Shown here piece by piece: positions 33,788-43,360 of a stretch of DNA of 64,000 nt. The stretch comes from Lama glama (taxonomy: Eukaryota). The notes under the pieces were generated by a model. That model saw only the letters and a list, made by a program, of their open reading frames with translations, was not told where the DNA came from and made no database searches. Both the position numbers and the translations under genes were made by a program. Where the stretch lies: assembly GCA_028534125.1 (NCBI GenBank), contig CM052816.1:19344001-19408000 (forward strand), read 5' to 3'. Positions within the stretch are counted from its first letter, which is position 1, and each line of letters starts with the position of its first letter.

Positions 33788-35400
33788 GGCAGGGGTACCA
33801 TACCAAAAACAGGGGAATTACGTGAAAGCTTACACCCTCTTGGCCTCTTTCCCCATCAGATTCTCAGAATGCTAGTGGCATGGCAGATGCCCTCAAAGCT
33901 GCAGAATGGAGGAGACTTCCCTGGGTCATCTCTCTAGCTATAGAGAAAAGAGTCAGAAGTTCTCCAAAAGGACTGCTATTCTGTGAACAACACACACATA
34001 CAGCTTTCAACTAGGTTTCTAGTGAATATGACTGGACCAGCAAGGATTATGAGACATCAGAGGAAATTCTTTGCTATCAGAGATAGAGGACAAAATAAAC
34101 AGAATTAGAAAGCATCTTGGAGGAAAGAGACAATATAAAGAGAGAGAGAGAAACTTTCAAGGATAATAGTTGATGCAATATGAAGTGATACGCTTCCATG
34201 AAACCAGACTAGAACGAAACAAACCAATAACAACATGCAGAGAACCAAAGAGTTCTTAGAAATTAAAAACATGACAACAGAAATGAAAAACTCAGTAGAA
34301 GGGATGAGAGATACTGTTGAGAGCAGCTCCCAGAAAGAAGAGTAAAAAAGAAAATTAAAGAGTTATGCTAAGAGGGTCAGTATGTAAATAATCAGATGTA
34401 TCAGTTACTACACAACAATGCTGGATAACAAACAACTATGACACCCCTGCCTGAGGCCCACAGCAATAACTATTTATTGCTCACACATCTGAGGTGGCTG
34501 CTGATGTTGGCTGGGGCTTGGCTCTGCTCCAAGTGTCTCTCATCCTCCTCCTGGAACCAGTGTGCTAACCTGGGCATGTTCTCCTGGGGGTGGCAGCAAG
34601 CAAAAGCAAGCAAGCTCAATCACACCAGGGGTTTTCAGTCCTTCGCCTATATCATGATCACCACCCATCATCCCAATGGCCCAAAGCAAGCCATATGTCT
34701 CAGCCCAGAATCAGAGAAGGAGGGACCACAAAGTTACATGGCAAAGGACATGGATATGAGGAAGATGCTCTTTTTACAATTGACCACAAGAGTCCAAAAA
34801 AAGAGACAAAAAATAGAAAGGCTAGGAAGATATCATGCAATAAATAACTCTCATAGATTTCCTGAAACTAAAGCATATGAGTTTCTATACTGAATAGCCC
34901 ACTGAGGGTCTGGCAGATGAGAGGAAATAGACTCGTACCAAATCACACCAATATCAACTTCAGATCATTGGGAACCAAAAGAATTTCCTAGAAACCTCTA
35001 GACAGAAAATAGCAACAGTTTTCACACAAAAGATGGAGAATCAAAATGGCATTAAAATTCTCAACAGCAACTTCAGAAGCCAAAAGGCAATGGACAAAGT
35101 CTTCAAAATTCTTAAGGGAAATTATTTCCAAATTAGAATTCTATACCCAGCCAAACTATCGAGTTAAGTGTGATGGGAAAAGAGTTCATAGCATATACAA
35201 CCACAGAGACTGTGCTCTGCCAAATGAGGCAGGGAGCCAAGGAGGAGGAAGGCATGGGATACAGGAGACAGGAAATCCGACTCAGAAGACAAGTGAAACC
35301 AATCCCCAGGGTGACGGTGAAGGAAAAGCTCAGGAGGGATAGCAGGCACAGTGGGCAGCCAGCCCAGCCCATGGCAGGTCAGAAGGCTCCAGAAGAGGGT
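33788..35400 (+). mobile_element. HAL1 (half-L1) element with decayed ORF1, split by an MLT1 LTR
   Basis: ORF 35046 translates as MALKFSTATSEAKRQW, like the L1 ORF1p C-terminal motif (DFS.ETL.ARRQW); agaattctatacccagccaaacta = RILYPAKL in another frame; downstream catgggatacaggagacagg...cccagggtgacggtgaaggaaa is HAL1-like. Confidence 0.75.
34397..34788 (-). mobile_element. ERVL-MaLR solo LTR (MLT1H/I-like) nested in HAL1
   Basis: Begins tgtatcagtta...taacaaac, ends accaca (TG...CA termini); gggcatgttctc, ggcccaaagcaagccatatg, aaagttacatggcaaagg are MLT1 hallmarks. Confidence 0.75.
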
Positions 35401-35469
35401 CCCTAGCGGGTATAACCTGGGGGTCCCCCTGCCCTCAGCAGTGACTGAAGTGACTGAGGGAGCACAGGC

Positions 35470-35650
35470 CTGGGAGCTCAGCTGCCAACTAGCTGTGTGA
35501 TTCTGGGACAATCCCTCAACCAGGCTAAACCTCTGTGAACACAGATAATAATGCCCTCATGGCAAGCCCACCATGGGAGTCACTGGCAGGAGCCATGTGA
35601 AATAGCAGCACAGCGCCTGGTACCTGGTAGGCACTCGGCAAATCCCTATC
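35470..35650 (+). mobile_element. MIR SINE
   Basis: actagctgtgtgattctgggacaa...gcacagcgcctggtacctggtaggcactc. Confidence 0.6.
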
Positions 35651-35969
35651 TGGTTTTCAAAAAGGGGTCCTACATCTTGCCTGCAGCAGGGCAGCTCAAT
35701 TCCCCAACCTCCTTCAAAACCAGCCAGGCTCAAGAGGAGGGGAAAGTCAGGGAGGGTGTGGGGGTGACTGGAGGAGCCGACAACTTGAAAAGATGATGAC
35801 GCTGGGTAAAACCACAACACCAGGACGTACCGCACCAGAAAGGCATAGGGCTCTTAATGGAATGACCTTCCAAAGGCAGAGGCAAACCACAGGTACATAT
35901 GCAGAAGCTGGACCCTTCTTTGGACTGCACAAGGCCACCTCCCAAGGCAGACCAGGCTGTCAGAAAGGC

Positions 35970-36080
35970 CGGGACAAAGCACTCACAACCCTGAGAGGTG
36001 GATACCATTATCCCCATTTTGCAGATAAGGAAACTGATTCTCAATGTAATTCGCCCAAGGCTTCCCAGTTAGTATGAATT
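35970..36080 (-). mobile_element. MIR SINE
   Basis: ctcacaaccctgagaggtggataccattatccccattttgcagataaggaaactga. Confidence 0.75.
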
Positions 36081-36149
36081 TAGCCTTAAAAAAAAAAAAA
36101 AGATGTTTGCTCTGAAGCACTACCTTAGCTACGAGGAGGAACTCATGCT

Positions 36150-36737
36150 AATAACAGAAGAATGCAAATTGATGTACAGCTACTAAATCCCTTCTTTTTT
36201 ACCTAACAAACAGACATTTTTTAAATTGATAATCCACAGTTAAAGATGCTGGGGAAACAGACACTGCCAAACTCTGCTGGTAAGAGTGTAAACCGAGAGA
36301 GCCTTTCTGGAAAATGATTAGCCAATACATGTGACAGTTTCAAACATGCACATTGATTTAGCAACAGCTATAAAAATTATAAATAGGCATAGCTCTCCAA
36401 CTCGGCAATTCTACTTCTATCGTTCCTCCTGCAGTTATACTTGCACAACTAAACAAAGACATGAGGATATTCACACTCTAATTAAAAAAAAAAAGTCCAT
36501 TGATACAAGACAGGTACTGCTGTACCATGAAGCTGTCCATTCTGTGAAGTAGCCCACGACACACTGTTAAGTAGAACAATCACTGTTCATCCTGTTCTAA
36601 AAATGACGAATCAATTTATATTGATTTACACATACAAGGATACCTAGCAACTGTTAAGAGTGGTTATTTTAGAGAGCAGAGGCTGGCAGTCTTCAAGTTT
36701 TCTCTATATTCCCTCTTGCACTCTTTAAACTTTTTAC
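36150..36737 (+). mobile_element. Ancient L1 (L1ME-like) 3' region
   Basis: ggggaaacagacact...ctgctggtaagagtgtaaa...cctttctggaaa...ctgttaagagtggttattt. Confidence 0.65.
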
Positions 36738-36746
36738 CACTCATAT

Positions 36747-36875
36747 GGGGGAGAGGGTACAGCTCAGTGGTAGGGTGCGTGATTCACCTGCACAAGGCCC
36801 TGGGTTCAAACCCCAGTATCTCAGTTAAAAAATAATAATATTTTTTTTAAAACCTAGTTAGCGCCCCCCAAAAAG
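36747..36875 (+). mobile_element. Camelid tRNA-derived SINE (Vic-1-like)
   Basis: A-box cagctcagtggtagg, B-box ggttcaaaccc, 3' module aacctagttagcgccccc; perfect TSD cactcatatg at 36738-36747 and 36876-36885. Confidence 0.9.
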
Positions 36876-39800
36876 CACTCATATGATTTAACTCAGAAAG
36901 TCCACTTCTACGAATTTATCCCAACAGCAACAACAAACAATAAGCCTTGCACTCCACAAGTACTTGTTGAATAATAAATATGAGCATGCTTGCATCTGTA
37001 TAAAACTAATGGTTTCCCTAATCTCAGTAGTGATACAGAGACTCCGTTGTGGAATGCAGTCAGATGTGAATCACTATCAGCACGTTCCACAGTGCCAAAG
37101 GACAGAGTGATGCCCTAGCTTTGAGAGTGGGGCGTGCCCGCACCTGGAAGTGGTTTTGAAATATGGGCTCCACATCTCAGGAGCCCATGTCTCCCTGCCC
37201 CTTGAGCCTCTAGAGGCCAGTAGGGCAGGGCGCTACACACCCGGCCGGGAAGGCCCTGAAATGCTCGGGACCAAGGTTCCAGGCCAACTCTGCTCAGTCA
37301 GGCCAGCGGCCCTTGCAAGGGCCACATCCCCTCTCCGACTCTGTTATCTTCACGTATAACAGCAACTCCTGCCCTGTCTACCTTAGAAGAGGCCGATGGA
37401 AGGAGCAAATGAGAGGCCTACTATGTGCCAGGCACTGGGGGAGTGTTGTGTGAGCATGAGGTTCTCCCCTGTGGATTCCACACCTGACTTTCACGGAGCC
37501 AGGACAGGCAGGTGGAGATGATCCCAAGAAAGCACTGAAGTGGGTTTCCAGCCCACCCTCACCTCCACCCCCACTTCTGCACCCATCCCCCACCCACCAT
37601 CTCTTAGAGCACTCAGCCACACACACCTGCTGTCCCCTCCCTGACACGTATCTCAAGGAAGTCAGTGTCCCAGAGAAAAGCAAACCTCTTGGGCAGTTGC
37701 TGGAAGCAACAGTAGCCTTACTGTCCCAGTTATAAGAATCCCTTTGCAAAGAAAGTTTTGACAAAGAAAAGCAAAGAGAAAAGGAGGGGGGTTGTGACAA
37801 CAGAAGGGCAAAGCAAACCATTTCAAGTCCTGACACAGGCAAACTGGTTCTTAAAGTCACCTGTTTCTAAGCAGGAACGCAAGGCTCTGTCCTGTCATGC
37901 CACACAGCTGGGGCACTGTGCTTTGCCAACTGACTTACATAAGCTCATGAAAACCCCACGCGTTTGAGTTCCCGGTTTGTGCAAATAGTGTCTGGGGCGC
38001 ATCCGAGCACCCTGGCCATCCATCAACGTCGGTGCATCTCCCAGGCTGATGCTGCCTCACCTGCGCCCGAACCCACGCTGTGTACACTCCACCCGAGCTG
38101 TGCATTCTGCAGGCAGCTTCTGTCACCACAAGGCCTCTCAGCCCGCTGATGCCTCTTTCCCATTTATCAGGCCCACAATAGCCGCATTAATGCTGATGAA
38201 ACCCTGAGCATTCAAAGGGAGAGGAAAAGGGCCTCAGCGACTGGGAGGATGTGTTGTGTGTTTATTCTGATCAGTCGGCCCAATCAGAGCCTAGGGGTTC
38301 GGAAGCCACTCCTCTGCCAGCATGTCTCCTCTGGAGACAGGAGAGCCACGAGTCTTGAGATATCCTTGCAGGAAGCACCCACTCAGCCCACGAAGCGAAA
38401 GAAGGCTGGGGGCCTTAAATCTGCTTCCTCGATGCATGGGGTAGTGAGACCCTAATAACCCCAGTCAGCAGCTCCCAATTAGCTTCAAGCCACCTCCCTG
38501 GTGACTGTGAGGGTCAGGGAGCCTGGCTCAAAGCCTCTCAGAGACTCCCATGTCCACACCTAGGGTCAACCACACCCGCAGGAGACCTAGTCTGCCCTGA
38601 CTGATGCCAAGTCAGTTGTGGAAGCCTCAAACAGAAATTCTTCTCTAGAAGACCATTTGAAAAAGACAATATACACACATACCGGTTTGCAGTCACCCCA
38701 GAGCACAAGTCCTACCAGACAAGAAGGCCACAACTGCAGGAGTATGACTTAGGCTGTGTGATCTGATATCTTGATACAGCAGCAAACAACAGGCAAGCCC
38801 TATTTGCATTTGCATCCCTGAAAATGAGTTACAGTTACTTAGTTACATATTTGACATGAGCTCAGATGAGTAAACAGTACAACACATCCCACTATGATAC
38901 TTATAAAAGCAATGCTTTACATCGCAACTATATTGATGTTTGCTATTTACGTACATAAATAAATACTGACACATTTATTACTAAGATACAAACTGGCTGA
39001 AGTTTAACATTAGCCAACCGAGCCTAATACTACCCAAAGAGGCTAGAAAGTGTTAAAAAAAATTTTTTTTTTGCAGCATGGTTCTCACTAAAGCAGCAAC
39101 ACTTAAAAATCAACAGTGGTTGCTTCTGCGAGTTCTCAGGCAACAAGACTCAGTAGGTCTACTTGGTGAGTCCAGATCCTTTGGTTGCCTTCTCTTTCCC
39201 TCAAAAGGAAGTACTTTCCAGGAGACCTTGGCCCTTATCACAAATGTACATTCACGCTGCATGTCTCATTCTGACAGGGAAGACTTAAAGGAAGCCCAGT
39301 TATTCTTGAGGATGTACATTCTCATTTACTAAGCATCTATATGATCTGAATACTGTTCCAGGGGCTGCAGAAGCATCCACGAACAGACTGAACTTAACAG
39401 AACAGATAGTCCTTAACCTCACGGAGTATATCTTCTAGTAAGGAATTTTGCTTTTGCTGATTTGTTTCTTGATCAAGGTGGCAAAGTCCTTCTAAGTTCA
39501 CACATTTGTCAAGAGTCTGATTTTTCTCAAATACTTAAACCTTGGCTCCAGTCAATACATCTATTAAAAGGGCCACATCCTGAATTTGGTTCTATGTTGA
39601 GAAATGAGACCCATGAATTATAATACTGGGTCCTAGCTTCTGTCTCTGTGTCTGTTACCCCAGACAGGTCAGACATCAGTCCATGTTCAACATTTCTGTA
39701 TTCCTTACCATCCAGCTGTGGGAAAGCTTTGAGCATCAGACCACCCACCAAGAACCCAGAGAGGTCTCAAAGCATCTAGCAAGCCCTGAGATGTTTCAGC

Positions 39801-40329
39801 GATGCCCTCAAGAAAGATGTACCCAGGAGTTAAAACTGTCTCTTAGAAAACACATCACAGGATAAAGATAACTCATTTTGTGGGATCTAATTGTGGGTTC
39901 CAGAATATGTTCCAAAAGGGGAAACAAGAAAGAAGTGCTCTGCCCTCCTGGGAATGTGTCACCAGCAGATCTGGTCTGGCAGAGCCCGGTGGAGACTCCA
40001 AACTCAGGGAAGCTCCAGACACTCAAAGACAGCACTCAGCCAGCTCAGCGAGGCCAGGGCGGGCTCCGCACCTGCCCCTCCTGTGGGGCTCAGGTGGAGG
40101 CAAGGGAAGGGGAGGGCAGAGCAGGTAACTGCCTCCCTGCTGGCTTCAGTCGGCAGGCTTCAGCCCCTCACCTGCCTGACTTCCAGGGGCATCCCTGCTC
40201 ATCTACAAAAGTGTCAGCCTCTTGCTCCCTCTGAAAATCAAGCAGAGCTGGAGATTTTCCGGGCTTGTAATCATTCTCGGATTCAGCTCCCAAGAACCCA
40301 GGGACAGGACGCCCAGCAGAGCTTGCTAA

Positions 40330-40700
40330 GAACTGAGATAATGTATTTTCTAACCAGAAAACACATCTCAGCTAGTTACTGCCTTATTCACTTTTCTAGA
40401 GCAGTTATAATTATAGTATTTGTTTCATAATTGCCGCCTACTTGCACATACAAAATCCCCCAATCTTAAAATAAATTATAGCTCCCTTTTTGATTTAACT
40501 GCCATTGTGCTGCTAGTTTACAAAGAGAAGGCAATCTCTCCAACTATTACTGTAATAATAAGCCTAAGGTGAGCAAAGCTTGAATTTTCAGCAGGTGACG
40601 TGACTCATTAGTTAAAAAGAGAATTATCAAAAGTAATTTTATTGAACAGCTTAATTATGGCTTTCTCAATTCTGGGCTCAAGGGCCGACAAGAACCACCT
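40330..40700. promoter_or_regulatory. Candidate AT-rich enhancer
   Basis: TATTTGTTT 40417, CCATTGTG 40502, overlapping CAGGTG/TGACG/TGACTCA/TCATTA 40592-40610, TTTTATTG 40637, TTAATTA 40651; no repeat similarity recognised. Confidence 0.45.
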
Positions 40701-41109
40701 CTGATCTGCCCTTTTCCTGGCTTGCTGCTGACCTCGGCACAAATGATGAGGAAATCCAACCTGGCTGTGGTCAGTGTCCCCCGCAGGGTGTTTGGTATAA
40801 TGACTTAACCTGGTGATGCTAATTTCTCAATTCCTATTTCAAGAGAGTCTCGACGTCTCTGGAGAAAAAGATGTGTGACACAGGAGGTGCTTCTTTGCTA
40901 GGGCCTAGCAGGAAACACATGACGGGGCTGGGCCTTGGACGCTGGTGTCAGCTAAGCAGAGTGGACAGCCGTGCGGCTGGGGCCAGGGCAGTAGGACTCA
41001 AACAGACAGGAAGGCCGTAGGCTACAGGTTTAAACCTCATTTTTGACGTGCCTTTTGCCTCTGAGTGAGGCCAGAAGCTGACACAGCTGTCAAAGCCCGA
41101 ATGAGGTTT

Positions 41110-41490
41110 GAAACGACTCCGTGCTGCTATGCAGGGAGGAGGGACTGACAGTCACTCCCATCCCGTGAGATGTTTGAGCCAGGTGTGCCCAACAAAAGGC
41201 CACACCACCGCGCTACTACCTGCAGCGCCGCTGTTTGCTCACCGCCGGCGGGAGGGGCCTCCAGGCCCACGAGGAGCTCACAGATGTCTCTACTCTAGGC
41301 TGCAGGGAAAACAAAACCTTACCTTCTGAGACAGGCACCTCCTTTGCTGCTGGGGGCTGCCAAGGAAGTTTCCAACCCCGCATCCGGCAGGCGTTCCCAG
41401 ACAAAGGTGAACGCAGAAGGAAAGCCCCCACGGGGCCGGAAGTGGAAGCGGAAGCGGAAGCGGGGGTCTTCCTCCACCTCACACCCCCGC
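41110..41490 (-). promoter_or_regulatory. CpG-rich candidate promoter with tandem ETS/GABP sites and a downstream splice donor
   Basis: CCGGAAGTGGAAGCGGAAGCGGAAGC at 41436-41461; about 20 CpGs in about 380 bp by hand count; minus-strand AAG|GTAAGG donor at 41323/41322. Confidence 0.45.
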
Positions 41491-41899
41491 ACTGCAGCCC
41501 CTGCTTGCCTGCAAAGGCCATGGCCGTCCATCCAACAGCCACGGACTCAGACACCTCTTTGCAGGGGCTCCTGTGTGGAGGCTCACATCCCAGTGCTGGG
41601 AGTGAGGATATAATTGACGTAAGTGATAGAAAACTCATGGGTGTCATTCCTAGAGATGGGCCCCTTCTATGCCCAGGTTCTAAGCGCAGAAGAGTAAGTG
41701 GTATGAGTCCCTGGCCTCAAGGAGCTTGTGGTTTAGGGTGGACTGGGGTCGCCCCGCTGCTCACTGCCAGTCATGTGACCTTAGCCAAGCCCCTTCATCC
41801 CAAGCCTCAGCCCTCATCTGGAGAGGTGGACAGAACTATTTTGTTGAATGACAAGGTACTGATACAACATCTCCAGGTGCCACCCACGATTAAGAGCAG

Positions 41900-42090
41900 A
41901 GTAGTCATGGGTTTGGATCAGGCTCCAGTCCTACCAGCTATACAACCGTAGGCAAATTAGACACTCTGTGCCTGTCTCCTTATGTGCCAAATGGAGCTAA
42001 GAAGAGTACCTGCCTCTCAGAACTGATGTGAGAAGTAAATCAGTAAACATCTGTCAAATGCTGAGAACGGTGCCTGGCACAAAGCTGACA
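41900..42090 (+). mobile_element. MIR SINE
   Basis: ctctgtgcctgtctccttatgtgccaaatggagctaagaagagtacctgcctctcag...tgctgagaacggtgcctggcaca. Confidence 0.7.
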
Positions 42091-42129
42091 TTTACGGAGT
42101 GCTTATGATCCTATTGTGATTGTCACTCA

Positions 42130-42430
42130 TTATTACAATCATACAATGTGCAGGGGATCCAACAGTGATGGCAAGACAGTCCTTGTCACTGAGGGAGGGG
42201 TAGCTGCCCACTGAGGCTTTATACAGTGTGAACACTGGGTCTTTGAGAGCCCGGGGGAGGGGCCCTATCAAGATTTGGTGAGGATCAGAGAAAGCCCTTG
42301 GAGGATGAGGCATCCCATTTGAGACCCAAAGGCCAGGTAGGAGATAGCCAGGCCAGGCCAAAGGAGCAGAGGTGGGGAGGCAGTTTGGGCAGAGGGAACA
42401 GCATGTACAAAGGTGCAGAGGCCAGAGGAG
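42130..42430 (-). mobile_element. L2 LINE fragment
   Basis: ggatcagagaaagcccttggagga...gggcagagggaacagcatgtacaaaggtgcagaggc. Confidence 0.65.
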
Positions 42431-43179
42431 CTGGTGAGGGGCATGTAAGTTGAGGCACTCTCGCTTAGATTTTCAGGATGAAGGGGATCTGCCCACCAAA
42501 GGGCACTGAGAACTTGGCCCCCACACAAGTGCAGGGATTATCCAGTTTGTTTTTCATTAAACCCCAAAATAAACATCTAGAAACAAGTGTTTACTGAGGC
42601 CCAAGGCAGCTCTGGGCTGGATCCCATGGGGCGGATGAACTGAATTAGACCCTCTGCCTGGCTCAGGGATCCTGGAGTCCCCACCTAGACCACAAGACCT
42701 GGGCAGAGCCTGCCTGCTGCAGCTGAGGCACTCACAGCTGCAAGCTCACAGCTCACGGGGTGCCCTGGTGGGGCCTGCCCTCTGCCTGGGACAGCTCTCC
42801 CCAGCCACACACACAGCTGCCCCCTGTCGCTGTGTCAGTGGCATAGGGACTGGCTGTCAGCCACCCATAAGCAGGCGTACCTGCAGCACTCGCAGGGGCC
42901 CAGCTGCTCTCTGCTGGATTGAAGTTCAAGTTCATACTTTTAAAAGAGGGTGCGTTTCTAATCTAAAGCCAGGTACGGGACAGGAATGGGACCTAGTTAC
43001 AGGTGGGTCACGGGGCAGAGAGGTGTAGAGACCACGCAGGGGTCCGCCTGGGCCTTTGTCGGTGGGGCCACCGACAGTCATCCTGGAGTCCAGCCCCGTG
43101 GAGCGTGGGTAACCAGGATAAGCCCAGTGAGGATGGTGGTCAGCCCTTCCTTGAGGAGATGGTCTGGCAGCTGATAGCC

Positions 43180-43360
43180 CACCTCCTAATCCCGGACCAT
43201 CATTTCCTTACTGTGTGATGTGAGGCATGTCACTTACCTTCTCTGTGCCTCAGACTCCTCACCTAATAACCCCTAACTCAAGATGTTGTCTGGGGATTAA
43301 TATATGGAACATTGAGGGCCCAGGAGGTCCTGGCACAATCTGGCTCTCAGGAGGATCAGC
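43180..43360 (+). mobile_element. MIR SINE
   Basis: tgtgtgatgtgaggcatgtcacttaccttctctgtgcctcagactcctcacct. Confidence 0.65.

Noticed and set aside
33124-33825. ORFs spanning N-runs (also at 12-558, 8016-8297, 9857-10297, 15384-15824, 18317-18697, 49763-50200)
   Set aside because: Artefacts of N codons being read as X.
41235-41951. 238-aa ORF on + with an EVEAEAEA motif
   Set aside because: EAEAEA is only the translation of the GGAAGC repeat; the 3' part overlaps MIR sequence; non-ATG start.
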